Below are positions 13,736-25,520 of a stretch of 64,000 nucleotides of DNA, piece after piece. Numbering within the stretch: the stretch's first letter is position 1; each line of letters opens with the position of its first letter. Source of the DNA: Azolla caroliniana (taxonomy: Eukaryota; Plantae; Polypodiophyta); the NCBI GenBank assembly GCA_043228905.1, contig JBHGNT010000004.1:17236001-17300000 (forward strand), in the 5' to 3' direction. Below the pieces are notes generated by a model. The model worked only from the letters and a program-made list of their open reading frames with translations. It was not told the origin of the DNA and made no database searches. The translations under genes were made by a program, and so were the position numbers.

Positions 13736-14697
13736 TAAATATATTCTTTCCATTCCAGGTTAGAAGTCTAAAACATCTGAGCATCTTCCCTTTCAAATGT
13801 CCTTGTAATATCAAAGCCATTATGTATTTGATTTGAACACATTATATAAGCATAGAAACATGTCCAAACACAAGTAATATATTTGAATATGGACAGAAAT
13901 ATATGAATACAGCAAAAAATGGTCTGGAGGACAGAAACGAAAACTTGTTCTTTTCTTTTTCCATGGCTACAGTGATTGTCGGGTTGTGAGAGGGATATTC
14001 CTAATAAGGCTAAGAAAAAAGATCACAGGACGACAATCTCAACAAATATTGAACAAAAAACACAATAAAAAACTACATAAGAGAGCAACGGAGAAGAATT
14101 ATAGGAGATTCACAGATCGATTTGTTGAGTGAAACGAAAACGACAGAAAAAGCAGGAGGAACACCGTGATTTGGCTTTCCATTGCTCGCTGCCCCAACTT
14201 TGTGACGAGAGTAAAAGAAACTAGGATACCGATCACATAGATTCAGACCTGAACGGATAATAGTGAGCAAAGTTCAAGATAAGAAGGGAGAAGAAAACCT
14301 ATGTATTCGCCTTCCATCGATGACTGTGAACAGAGCTGAGCAAAGTACCAACATAACTAGAGCAAAAGGAGAAGAATACAGCGGTGGGTAAAGCAATCGA
14401 CAGAAGGAGAAGAAGAGGGGGGAGGTGGAAGGGGGGTAAAAAGAGAAAAGAAAAACACCTGTGCTTTCGCTTTCCATGGCTGCCTTTGGATCTGCGATTG
14501 TGGTGGAAATCGCCATTTTGATGAGAAGACTCAGAAGAGGAGGAGGAAGGGGAAGAAGAATCGTGAGAAGCGGGTTTTCTCTTCCTGCTACTGATAGCGG
14601 CGCTGTGTCGGCTATGGCGAGGACGAGGGCGATCAGAAGAAGAAGAAGAAGAAGAAGAAGGGGAGGAGGAGGAAGAAGAAGAAGAAGAAGAAGCCAT
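11832..14697 (-). CDS. Small Ser/Lys/Arg-rich (probably nuclear) protein with a conserved C-terminal domain, 6 exons, about 201 aa
   Basis: Exons 14697-14459, 13629-13542, 13461-13372, 12641(or 12638)-12603, 12364-12308 and 11924-11832 are all GT-AG and phase-compatible. The protein reads MASSSS...KRKHR|LDDYSS...RSKK|QTRDKSK...KQKE|QRKEMPGPVQLSK|FLGEGKDDSVRRSVVSGKK|ILMKVDKTKEDKLAENKRNELLKFLNASYD*. I recall the C-terminus as a conserved uncharacterised plant family. Confidence 0.88.
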
Positions 14698-15605
14698 TGA
14701 GGAGGTGATTGATTTGTCTGTGAGCGAGGGATGGAGGTTAAGTAATTTACTACGATTTCGTCGTCGTTTTGGATCGACAGACAGACAGACAGGCAGACGA
14801 GACAGACCACTGACTGACAGACTGACTGACTCTATACCCTGTCAGTCCGTCAGTCCGTCCGTCAGTCCATTCATTCCGTCAGTCAATCCGCCCGTCAGTC
14901 CGTCAGTCAAGTCACCTTCTTGCTTAGCTAGATGGCCTAATAATTTAGAAGTGCCCTCTCCCTTCCCTTCCGGCACCACCGTAGCGTTTGGGGGTGACAT
15001 TATTATTAGCCTTGGTGTTCATATCTAATGGATGGTATTTGGACAACCTTGCCTTACCGCTTCGTGCCACGCTGCTGTCCATTGCACACCATTTCCGTGG
15101 ACCGAAGGTCTTCAATATCACGCGTTTTTCAGGGAGCCCGACTCATGCTTCGTGCTCCCTACCCTCCTCGCAATATGGACCACCATGTTGCAATCACAAG
15201 AATTCTCACATCTTTGTTGGTGTCTCTGACCCCCGCCTGCTGTTGGCAATGCGCTCATGCGATTTTACAACCTGAAATGGTAGTAGTGGCCAACATGCTA
15301 TGCCAATTGAAAATTATCCAACACATAGGGGAATTTTTCTATGATAGAGAAGGATGCCTAGGGATTGTCTATAACATTAACAAGTTTCGCCTAGGAATTT
15401 TTCTATGATAGAGAAGATGCCTAGGGATGGCCTAGGATTGAAATTTTCATTTCATGTAGACCACTTGGCTCTGCTTTACTTGGTCACAAAGGTTGCACTC
15501 AATGTAAAGTTTGCATGCTAGGAGTTTGAAAATGCCACTTTCCACAACACACATTCACCGACTATTTGTCCCGCTTAGAATTAGACGAAGGTGGTATAGG
15601 GTAAT

Positions 15606-15948
15606 TGTCAAAGTTAGCGTGTGGAAGCTTGTGACAAACCGACTTTGCCGGGTAACAATAGAATATTGAGAAGTTAGGTTTAATGGAGACCTTACGCGGG
15701 GGAGAGATAGAAAGAGCAAAAAGCATAAACTCTATTCAAGATAATAACGCTCGGTACATAGAATGTGCTCATAGAGCACTTTTATACAAGTCCATAAAGG
15801 ATTGACAAAAGTACTGACAGGTACTTCAATGCTCATACGAGCGACTGACATTGACTCCCAAAAATATGCCTACGTACTAGGCTAGATCCATAGGCCTCTA
15901 ACGGCCTACCGATTTCAATCCGATCCGAATACCATCCACACCGACTGG
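15606..15948 (-). mobile_element. Copia family A LTR, interrupted; the rest is probably at 17172-17236
   Basis: This is the reverse complement of the family A core (CTCCCAAAAATATGCC, AGAGCACTTTTATACAAGTCC). It starts TGTCAAAG at 15606. Confidence 0.82.
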
Positions 15949-17171
15949 TGTCGTGAAAATACGACAAAGACACGTGAACTTGAGGCAGGACCCCGGGGCC
16001 TTCGACCAGAGGATATCAGATTCGTGCATTATGTATTAAGAATTAACGAAAATCAGAAAATTTGATATTTTTCATTACCAAAGGAAAAGAAAAATTACAA
16101 TCAATCCCAAGATTGGGATTACAGAAGTTTAGGTTTAAAGAGATTAATAGATAAAAAAATTAGGGTTTTTTAGAGATATGGCTTCCGTAAGGAAAATTAA
16201 GGTTTTTGGGTGATATGACTTCCGTAAAGAAAATTAGGGTTTTTGAGAGATAGCTTCTGTAAGGAAAATTAGGGTTTATGTGAGAGATAACTTCCGTAAG
16301 GAAACTTAGGGTTTATGGCTTCGTCGAAGGATATATCCGATAAGAAAATTAGGGTTTATTCGAAAGAGATGGCTTCTGTCAAGAAAATTAGGGTTTATGT
16401 GAGAGATAACTTCCGTAAGGAAACTTAGGGTTTATGGCTTCATCAATGGATACATCCGATAAGAAAATTAGGGTTTTTTCAAAAGAGATTGCTTTGATCC
16501 CCTAAGGACCATTAGGATCTATGGATTATCGAGAGATAACTTTTCTCCTCCCTTCTCACACTTGCATGAAGGAACTCTAGTTTTTATCTTGAGTTCAATT
16601 GCATGCATCCACATGACCTTTACTTTACATAAAGTTTGACTTTAGTTGCATGTGTTCACATAAGGATACATCCGATAAGAAAATTAGGGTTTTTTCGAAA
16701 GAGATCGCTTTGATCCCTTAAGGACCATTAGGATCTATGGATTATCGAGAGATAACTTTTCTCCTCCCTTCTCACACTTGCATGAAGGAACTCCAATTTT
16801 TATCTTAAGTTCAATTGCATGCATCCACATGACCTTTACTTTACATAAAGTTTGACTTTAGTTGCATGTGTTCACATAAGGATACATCCGATAAGAAAAT
16901 TAGGGTTTTTTCGAAAGAGATCGCTTTGATCCCTTAAGGACCATTAGGATCTATAGATTATCGAGAGATAACTTTTCTCCTCCCTTCTCACACTTGCATG
17001 AAGGAACTCCAGTTTTTATCTTGAGTTCAATTGCATGCATCCACATGACCTTTACTTTACATAAAGTTTGACTTTAGTTGCATGTGTTCACATAACCTTT
17101 ACTTTACTTTAGTTCGGCCGCATGATCCTATCATCCGTAAAGTTCGGCCCATGCATGATCCATCCGTCTCG
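15949..17171. mobile_element. About 1.2-kb repeat-rich insertion, probably an LTR of another family
   Basis: It starts TGTCGTG, splits the family A LTR and has imperfect flanking duplication ACTGG/ACTGT. It contains short arrays built on AAATTAGGGTTT and a 216-bp triplication. Confidence 0.55.
16449..17095. repeat. Three near-identical 216-bp tandem units
   Basis: TACATCCGATAAGAAAATTAGGG recurs at 16451, 16667 and 16883. Confidence 0.95.
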
Positions 17172-17559
17172 ACTGTCGCCAATCAGATCCATCCGGGTCC
17201 GTATCCGACCCGATCCATCTGGCCAAAACCATTACATGTAGTTAAGCCACATCAACCCCTCAAGATAATGTAACCCAAGTTCAACCATTCCTTCTATGCT
17301 CTTAACACATAGATACAAACTAATGCTTCGCAATCTACTTATATAGTGCTGGATCCAAAAGTTTCCTATATATGTGAGATATCTTAAAGTTCTATTTTCC
17401 TCTTCTTCTCAAACTTCACACTCACATAACTTAATACTTATTTATCCGTTTCATGTGTAGTAAAATGCATTATGAAGCTCTTGAAGACATCTATCTTTCC
17501 ATATCAATTCATTAATCTAATCTTAAATAATTATTTTACTAATTTTCATATCGTGTGTG

Positions 17560-18060
17560 AAACCACACGACACCGGTTCTCCGTTCCAGATCCGGTTGAG
17601 CTTGCTCGCTCAACACTCCCCCTCAAGCTCAACTTGAGGTCGAATCATGGTGTCAGTATCTGTGGTAGATAGTTCTTCCATCTTACTCCTTCTGGCTTCC
17701 TCTAGCCTTGCTCGTGCTCCTCGTCTGGTCCAGTTCCTCCTTTTGTGACTCGTCTGGTTCCGAGCACCTCGACCTCCTCGGTCGGCTTGTCTACTCAACA
17801 AGCCCACATCAACTCCTTCGCTGCTATGAGTCTAGCGCTTCTCAACCCGTCGTCTCCTTCGTATCGACGTCAACTTCCGCTGCCTCCTCGACCGGTTGGC
17901 CTTGAGTTGATCTGGCTCATCCGAATCAACCACCTCTTTCGAATCGGGTGCATCTAATTCATTCTAGCTCTAGTTCGGATTGGCTGTCTCCAATCCATCT
18001 CCTGTTTTCAGGCCTTTCACAACATGGGACCATGTCCGGTTCTTGGCCTTCTCCTTCTGA
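17560..18060 (-). mobile_element. 3' internal region, PPT and LTR start of a copia family A element
   Basis: The minus strand reads TTGAGGGGGAG (PPT) followed by TGTTGAGCGAGCAAGCTCAACC, which matches the family A LTR starts at 35648 and 45728. Confidence 0.7.
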
Positions 18061-18125
18061 TCAGCTCTGTCCTTTTTTACTCTACCGTCATCTACCTACT
18101 TATCTTATGTAGGGAGAGGGACGTC

Positions 18126-21100
18126 CTATAATGCCATTAGAAAACTTGAATATGCATTTGAGGAAATGATCCCCACATACTCTAACATCCAGAAATTCCG
18201 CATAAGAATACCTTTCAACTTCTTCATATAGGCTTTCACCCCATGTTTATTATCAAACACGAAAGCATTATGCATATTCCAATTGTTTTGTAGTCCCCAA
18301 TAACGTAAAAATTGGAACAATATCTCCATCTCATCATTTGAACCATTTGGTACACGTTATAGGACATTTAATGAACTTGTGTACTATCCTCCAAAGGAAT
18401 GGTGCAAAAGAAACAAGTGCCTGACCCTAGTCCTCGTCTCTTTAAGTTTGAACCTATGGGAGCCCAACAATCATGACTCTCAATATGAATAACTTTGCAC
18501 GGAATGGCAGATGGCAATGCCAACCACATTGTAATATTTTCCACCACCTTGCATTTGACTTACATACATTCCATACATTTTCTGTTTTCGGTGATAGCCA
18601 AGATACGATATCATTGCATGATGATACAATATATTTGTGGTGATCTGTAACAAGCATGTACCATCCTTTAACAGCCAACTTACCCAAGGTGCAACATTTG
18701 TTTTCAATGGCAATGATCTATGCAACAATGGTATATCTTGTAATTTCTTCCAAATAAATCTATAATTTGGGGGAATACATAACTATCGTTTGATATCTTC
18801 AAATTTTGACAACCTTTGAGATTCATTATCAACCAGGTCTCCTAAATATACAACCCCCAATTGAAATAAATGATTGAATTGAGATCTCAACTTCTCTTTT
18901 ATATGCCAAACCAACACTTTAGAAGAAACAAGCAATTCATTTTTTAATGAATTACAAAATTCTCGATGACTTGATGGTGCCCACTCAAAAAAAGATAATG
19001 CATCTTGCCATGTCTGCATATAAAATGTCAAATTTTTAGAGGAATACATCCATAGAGTAATGGCCACAACAATGCTTGAATCTTTGTTTTCTAATGCACC
19101 AATCCTTCATGCTCTTTCAAACTTCCATAATCCTTTCAAGATTCTCTTTTGAGGCTTGTATAAACATAAAAAAAGCATTACCCAATGCTTGTGCCACCAA
19201 TTGTCCACCAAGAGGAAGATTTAAACCCACAACATCACCATTGGCTGCAAGATTTGATAACATTACTAACATAAGATATGTAACAATAGCCAATAGCGAT
19301 GAACTTCACAAATATCTTTGCTGCACGGATCTAGTAAAAAAAACTTTCGAAGTAACTCCACCATTAAGAATCACACGAGATGCATTTTTCGCTAGCAAAA
19401 ATATAAGTCGCCACATACGAGGACCAAACCCCATATTATACAACATGCCTAAGACAAATGACCAATTAACATGATCATATGTTTTTTCCAAATCTAATTG
19501 CATCATAATCATTTCTTGATGTGTATGTCAAGCATAATCGATAGACTTCAATACCTACAATAAAACCATATTGAGATGGATGAATAAATTGAGGTAAGAA
19601 CTGATTAAGTTTGTTCAATAAAGTCTTTGCAAACACTTTATACAACCCTGCCATCAATGAAATAAGCCTCCATTGATGAAATGACTCTAGAGATAGTGCC
19701 TTAGGTATCAATTTGATTAGACCCACCTTCCATCTCTCAAGTATGAAATCAAAATCCCAATATTATTGAAATATTTGCATGAATAAACTCTTAAGCATGC
19801 AAGCCTACTTTTTAAGAACTTCATTTGTAATGCCATCACAACCAGGGCTTTAACCATTTGGAAAGTGTAAAATACCTTTTCCACCTCCGCTTCATCAAAA
19901 TCATCATCCAACTCTTGACAAATATTTGCATTCACAACATAGCCAACAACATTATAAAGCTCTTGTCGTGCTTTCAACACATCCTCATTAATAATTAGCT
20001 TTGGCCCAATCAAATTCTTAAAATGAGAAATACATAACTCAATAACCTTGATTGAGTTTACAACAATGTCATCCCTTATCTTAATTTACATGACATTTGA
20101 ATGAGCATATGATGGTCTTGATCCTTGAAAAAACATATGCAATTGTGGTTGATTATATATCCCTCTCATAACTGTCATAATCTTGTATTCTACTAACTCT
20201 GACAAGACAACTTCACAATGTCTTGTACCTGAACTTGAAGATCTAGAAGTTATTTATCATGCGAATTATTCATCAATAGTACATTGCATCGTGTAAGAAT
20301 ATGTGAAAATTTATCAATCAATTGCTTATGTCTTTTAGCATTAGTCATACCATACATAGGGTGAATATCATTGATGTTTTGCAATGTTGTATCCCATGCA
20401 TGCCATCTTTTTGAATTAACTTGTACTGAAAACATGCCAAAATTTTGTTAAATATATAGGCCTCAAATAAGGAATGAAATAATAAAGAAGAATTGAACCT
20501 CAAAGGAACTCTGTCAACAATGTTTTGTACATATCTACTACATGTTTATTAAACTCAAAACATATGGGAAAATGATCAGATGTCACAACTTCCTACATAA
20601 TTGACATATTAAGCATCTTTGGCAAAAATGACTCATCATGCATAACATACATCATGTCCAACCTACTCCATTTTTCCCTATATTGCATAGACTGAAATGT
20701 AAACCCAACCTCATCTTGATGCAACCATTTCTATACATCCAACTTCAAAACCTCTAATGTCAATCTGTCCCAAACTACTTACTCAAGAGAATCCATCAAT
20801 GAGAATCACGTAGTCGATTGTGATGCATCAACACACAGTAAAATCACCCATTAACAAACTAGCACGGCCCACTAATAACCTTGGATATATAGAAGACCAC
20901 CATTCAATGCGTTGATTAGCATTGTTGGTGTATAAATTCCTACCCACTATATCAAAACCTCAAAATACTTGATTTCCATTACCAAAAAACGTCCATATGG
21001 ATCATTATAGACTTATATGTGGACAAAACAAATCACGAATAATCATGACTACACCTCAATAATGATGTGATAACTGACCTGCATAATATGCGGAATATCC

Positions 21101-21850
21101 ACGCAAATGTAACACCGATCTTTCTAGATCATGACACTTATGTTCAACTACACATAAAACATCCTATTCTTTATCAAATAAAGTTTTCCATAATATATAT
21201 TTCTTATAAGGAGAAGATGCCCCTCGCACATTCCATGATACCACTTTCTTTCAACACCTTTAGTAACAACTTACTCTTTATGAGCAAGAGTATTCATAAA
21301 TGTACTAACTACTTGTTCAAGAGCTGCATAAGGATTCGTGTGTACTACATCCTCTCTCTCTCTCTCCCCTTTTGCGTGCTTCCCCTCGTGTTTTTCTTTG
21401 CATCCAATTTAAATGTGGGCACTCAGCAACGTCAAGTTCCTTGGCTTCGGCGACTTCCTTTGCATGCTCCCTCTCATGTTTTTCTCTTGGATCCAGCGAC
21501 TCCCTCCAACTCCTCGAACAAAACACAAGTACTTAATTTGCATTTGACCACACACATTACCCATTACCCATTACTCATTATACTTTAGACTAATCACTCC
21601 CATAGGGTTAACTCTCTCTTGCAAGCATTCTCTCCTTACTAATCAATAACATAAATGGCTTCATTAATCCCCTTTCTTTTTCCTTTTTCCATGAAGGCTT
21701 TGGATTTGCTTCCAAGGACAGTTACTTGTTCGGCTCAATCCACATGCAAATCAAGCTCATCCTAGGCGACTCCACAGGCACCATGACCACATATTATGTA
21801 AGCAATTCCGGATACTCAAGTCATTTTTGTTTAGTGTGTCTATCTCGAAT
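18126..21850 (-). mobile_element. Degenerate L1-type LINE (endonuclease, RT, zf-RVT; possible ORF1 remnant)
   Basis: RT-region motifs GLIKLIPK, WRLISLM...YKVFAK, IHPSQYGF and LDLEKTYDHVNW are present. Endonuclease-like remnants lie at 20500-21100 (GDF, SRLD, SDHFP-like), and the C-terminal HLPFRAKLFILRV...GLP at about 18460-18520. Many stops and frameshifts. Confidence 0.85.
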
Positions 21851-22045
21851 GACACATGAGTTTGTTGGAATGTTGGGGTGATACATGAGAGTGTTTTTAT
21901 ATGTTTAGGATTTTTCTATGTTTTTTTGTTTCTTTCTAAGCTTCCTCTTGTGTTTATATTTTTGTTCTTTTGTTTCTTTCTCTCTCTCTTGTATTCCCTC
22001 TTGTGTTTACGTTTATACTTTTGTTCTTCTTCTTCTTCTTCTTCT

Positions 22046-22091
<46 letters not shown>

Positions 22092-22149
22092 GTAAATCAA
22101 TGTTTGTTATTAAAACAAAATGATAATACACCCCTTGCTATCTTCACTC

Positions 22150-22753
22150 CTTCATAAATAGTGATAGTGCAAGGGAAAGCCTCTCAAGTGTTGTAAAACT
22201 AGATGACATAAGTCTATCTCCTCTTGGGACAAGTTACCCATATAACATTGTTGTGAAAATTGCCAAATCAATTTCCCTTTCATCCTACGAAGTTGTTGTG
22301 TTATCCCATGAAGTTCATCAAACAAGAACTCATTTCTCATGGTCCAATTAAACCACATCCCCCAATATCTAAGCTAATAAAAAACCACCTTATATGATGG
22401 TGTGGGCATAACTTCATCCTCATCCATAAAAACCCATTTATAAGGTGACAAAATATTCCCTGTTACCGATGCCCAAATTTTTGACATAATCACCCAAATG
22501 GCCTTAGCAACCGAACATGTAATGAACCTATGTCTGGCATCTTCTTCAAACACAGTATAGAAAAAACATGTCCCATTCGAAATATGTCTTTGTTTTAAGG
22601 CCATCGCCAAAGGCAACCCACCAACTATGGCAGCCAAAGAAACACCTTTCCACAGAATGGAAGATGAGACTGCCACCCTGCATCTAAAACTCTACGCCAC
22701 CACTTTACATTTCTAGTAATGCTCCATGTATCCAACTCCACTTTACGCCAAAG

Positions 22754-22760
<7 letters not shown>
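22150..22760 (-). mobile_element. LINE ORF2 3' end (zf-RVT region), second copy
   Basis: Peptides WQSHLPFCGKVFLW and GGLPL...TCFF...EDARHRFITCSVAKAIW are present. (CT)n tracts flank both sides. Confidence 0.78.
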
Positions 22761-22798
<38 letters not shown>

Positions 22799-25520
22799 TT
22801 GTTTATGTTTTTTGTTCTTTTGTTTCAAAAATAGATTTGTGCCAAAAATATTTAAACAATGGTTAATCTAATAAATCTCCCCGTGAAAATAGTTGACTGA
22901 ATACCTGACAATATTTTTTGAAAGCTTGTTTCAGGAAGGCGCTGAGCTTATGTCAAAATGTCAGAAATGGGATTGATGGACCAAGTAATGTAGACTATTA
23001 AGCAGGGTATGTGCCAATGTGACAAAATATTTCAAAGCCCATCCCGCTCCCTTAAGAGTTTCTTCTTGTGGTCTTGTTAAACAGCCAAGTGACACTCCCA
23101 TTTTAATCTTTGAATGTTGATCTTTCTCTGTAGACCTGTGCATCTATACCAACAAATCATGATTGCAAGACTAAAAACAATTCAACATATATTTTGTATT
23201 CCACTTTTATTTGTGTTGACGTTGCCAATACTACGAAAGTTTCTTTCACTAATGATGAATTTGACATAAATGGCTCAATAATTTTTGGATTTTAACATTA
23301 ACAATGATGTGTTCGAAAGATACTAGAAATAAGTACATTTAAAGGTTTTAACAACATTACATAGTAAGCTTATACCTAATAATTCAAGTAAAATTCATTA
23401 ACTAATTTATGTTGTAATTCTAAGAATTGAGTGAAATATACTTTCATGATAGTTTATAAAGCAAATGTTCCATGTAGTGCACACCTTTTACAAATGGCTA
23501 GAAAGGACGAACATTGATCAACACGTGTGCGTCTTAAGAATCGCACTCTTGAAATATAGATGACCACATGAATGCCTCTCATAAAATTCTTCAAAATGCG
23601 TCCATATCTACTCCAATCCTTGCAAATTAGTTAATAGCATATTTAGCAAACGCAACAGGGGCATGTCAGGAGAGCAACAAAAAAAAACAATAAGACATCA
23701 AAACCATAGCATGCATAGATTCCAAGAACCAAAAGGTCATCCACCGAAGTGCATGAACAATAATCAAGATCCTCATGCAGGGCAGCCATGAAACTTTCAG
23801 GATTTTAATCCATGTCAATATTAGACTGAAATATCACACACTTTCCTAATATTTGGATAACTTCACAAACAGGGGAGTATTCCCACTGACTGCACTACCA
23901 GAGGAACTCCTTATACAGCCATGAAAAGTTAAGATTTTAAATAGTGTAGATTATGGACCAGGCACCTCATCATCATTGTTGCTGAGTGAATATTTATCCA
24001 CAATCTAGTCAAGATAAACAAGATTTGGGCATTCACCAACCCAATATCCACAGCATGCTTCTGATAGTTTATAACAGCCCCACCATCTAGCAATCTGACC
24101 ATTTCATCCACAGAGTGATTCACCAAAAGAACCATTTGCATCCTGTGTACAAGAGAAGAGGTTTAAACAATTACGCAAATAAAATACAAAAGCCAATTTA
24201 GCATCTGAAATGATTTATCATCATTATGCATTCACTAAAAAGTACACACATAATGAACCGATTTTACTTATATTCATTTCAGGGTTCCACCATTATCAGT
24301 TTCAGAGTAAAAAAAATCACCACCAACACTAAGCTTGCAAGCGCACTAAGTTCACAAGTTCATCAAATCTGTGGTATGCGACTTCTCTAAAGACACTTGA
24401 CATTAGACCAAATTATTACCATTTAAATTGGCATAATATCGACACAAAGAGCATGAGTTGTATCACTAAACATTAAGCGCACTAGTTTCATCGAATCCAT
24501 GTATGTACATTTTATTAAGCATGTCACATCACATTTCTCCTATTTATTATGCATACGAATCTGAACAAAAGAGCATGACTTGTTCCACAGGTTTGCCGTT
24601 TCCAATGAGAAGAGTGGCGGAGAGATCAACTATGCAGGTGTTGATGCAAGCATGTTCAGTTATCACATTAACATTTATTATTGATTTCAGATTCAATCAT
24701 ACACATTTTCCCACTACAACTTTAAAGACATTTATATTATAATCATTTAGCAGAACAGTAATCAGAGAGCATATGTGTAAGTACACAATATCATCTAATA
24801 GACAGACACAAATGACCAGATAAACAAAAACTTTAATTCTACACGACCACAACAAGTCTCTGAATATGTTATGTTACAAAGAAAGATGAACTCCATTGCT
24901 GTCATATACACATTTCCGAAATCATAGTACACCATGGGAAATCAGTTGTAACAAATAGCATGAAGATCAGTCAATCAATGATACCACACAAAGATTAGCA
25001 GTTTGATAGATGGATGAAACAACAAAATGGGAAAATATATCGAATGGGATCAATTATATACACTTTCATAATACAAAAATAGTGTGGGGGTTATATAAGA
25101 CAAATTTAAGAGCCGAGCAAAAGAGCTATAAAGTGATAGAGAGATGAAAGAGACATATACAGATATAGATATAGGCATATATAACCAAATTTTAAAACAA
25201 GAAATATGAGACTGCAATCCATCTCTTCAAGCTCTCACTAAAATATGGTAAACTCAACTACCTTAAATAATTCATCAGCCTCTCATTAAGCAAAATAAAG
25301 TTGATTCTATGTAACCCGTAACACGTAACCAGGTCCAATGAGGATAAAAAGCAACTAGACATGAACAATTGGGTCAGATTAAATAAGCACCTCAAAAAAA
25401 TATGAAATAGGGCCTTCGACTGAGCATTATATGATAGGAGCAGATATTGCAGCCAATATAAAATAAAATGGCAGTTATATACACAACTCAAAAACCACTG
25501 CACCGATAAAATATATATAA

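Noticed and set aside
14274-14810. Alternative-frame and antisense ORFs over exon 1 (poly-Leu, poly-Arg)
   Set aside because: These are shadows of the (TCT/TCC)n Ser-coding tract; only the MASSSS frame splices into the downstream exons.
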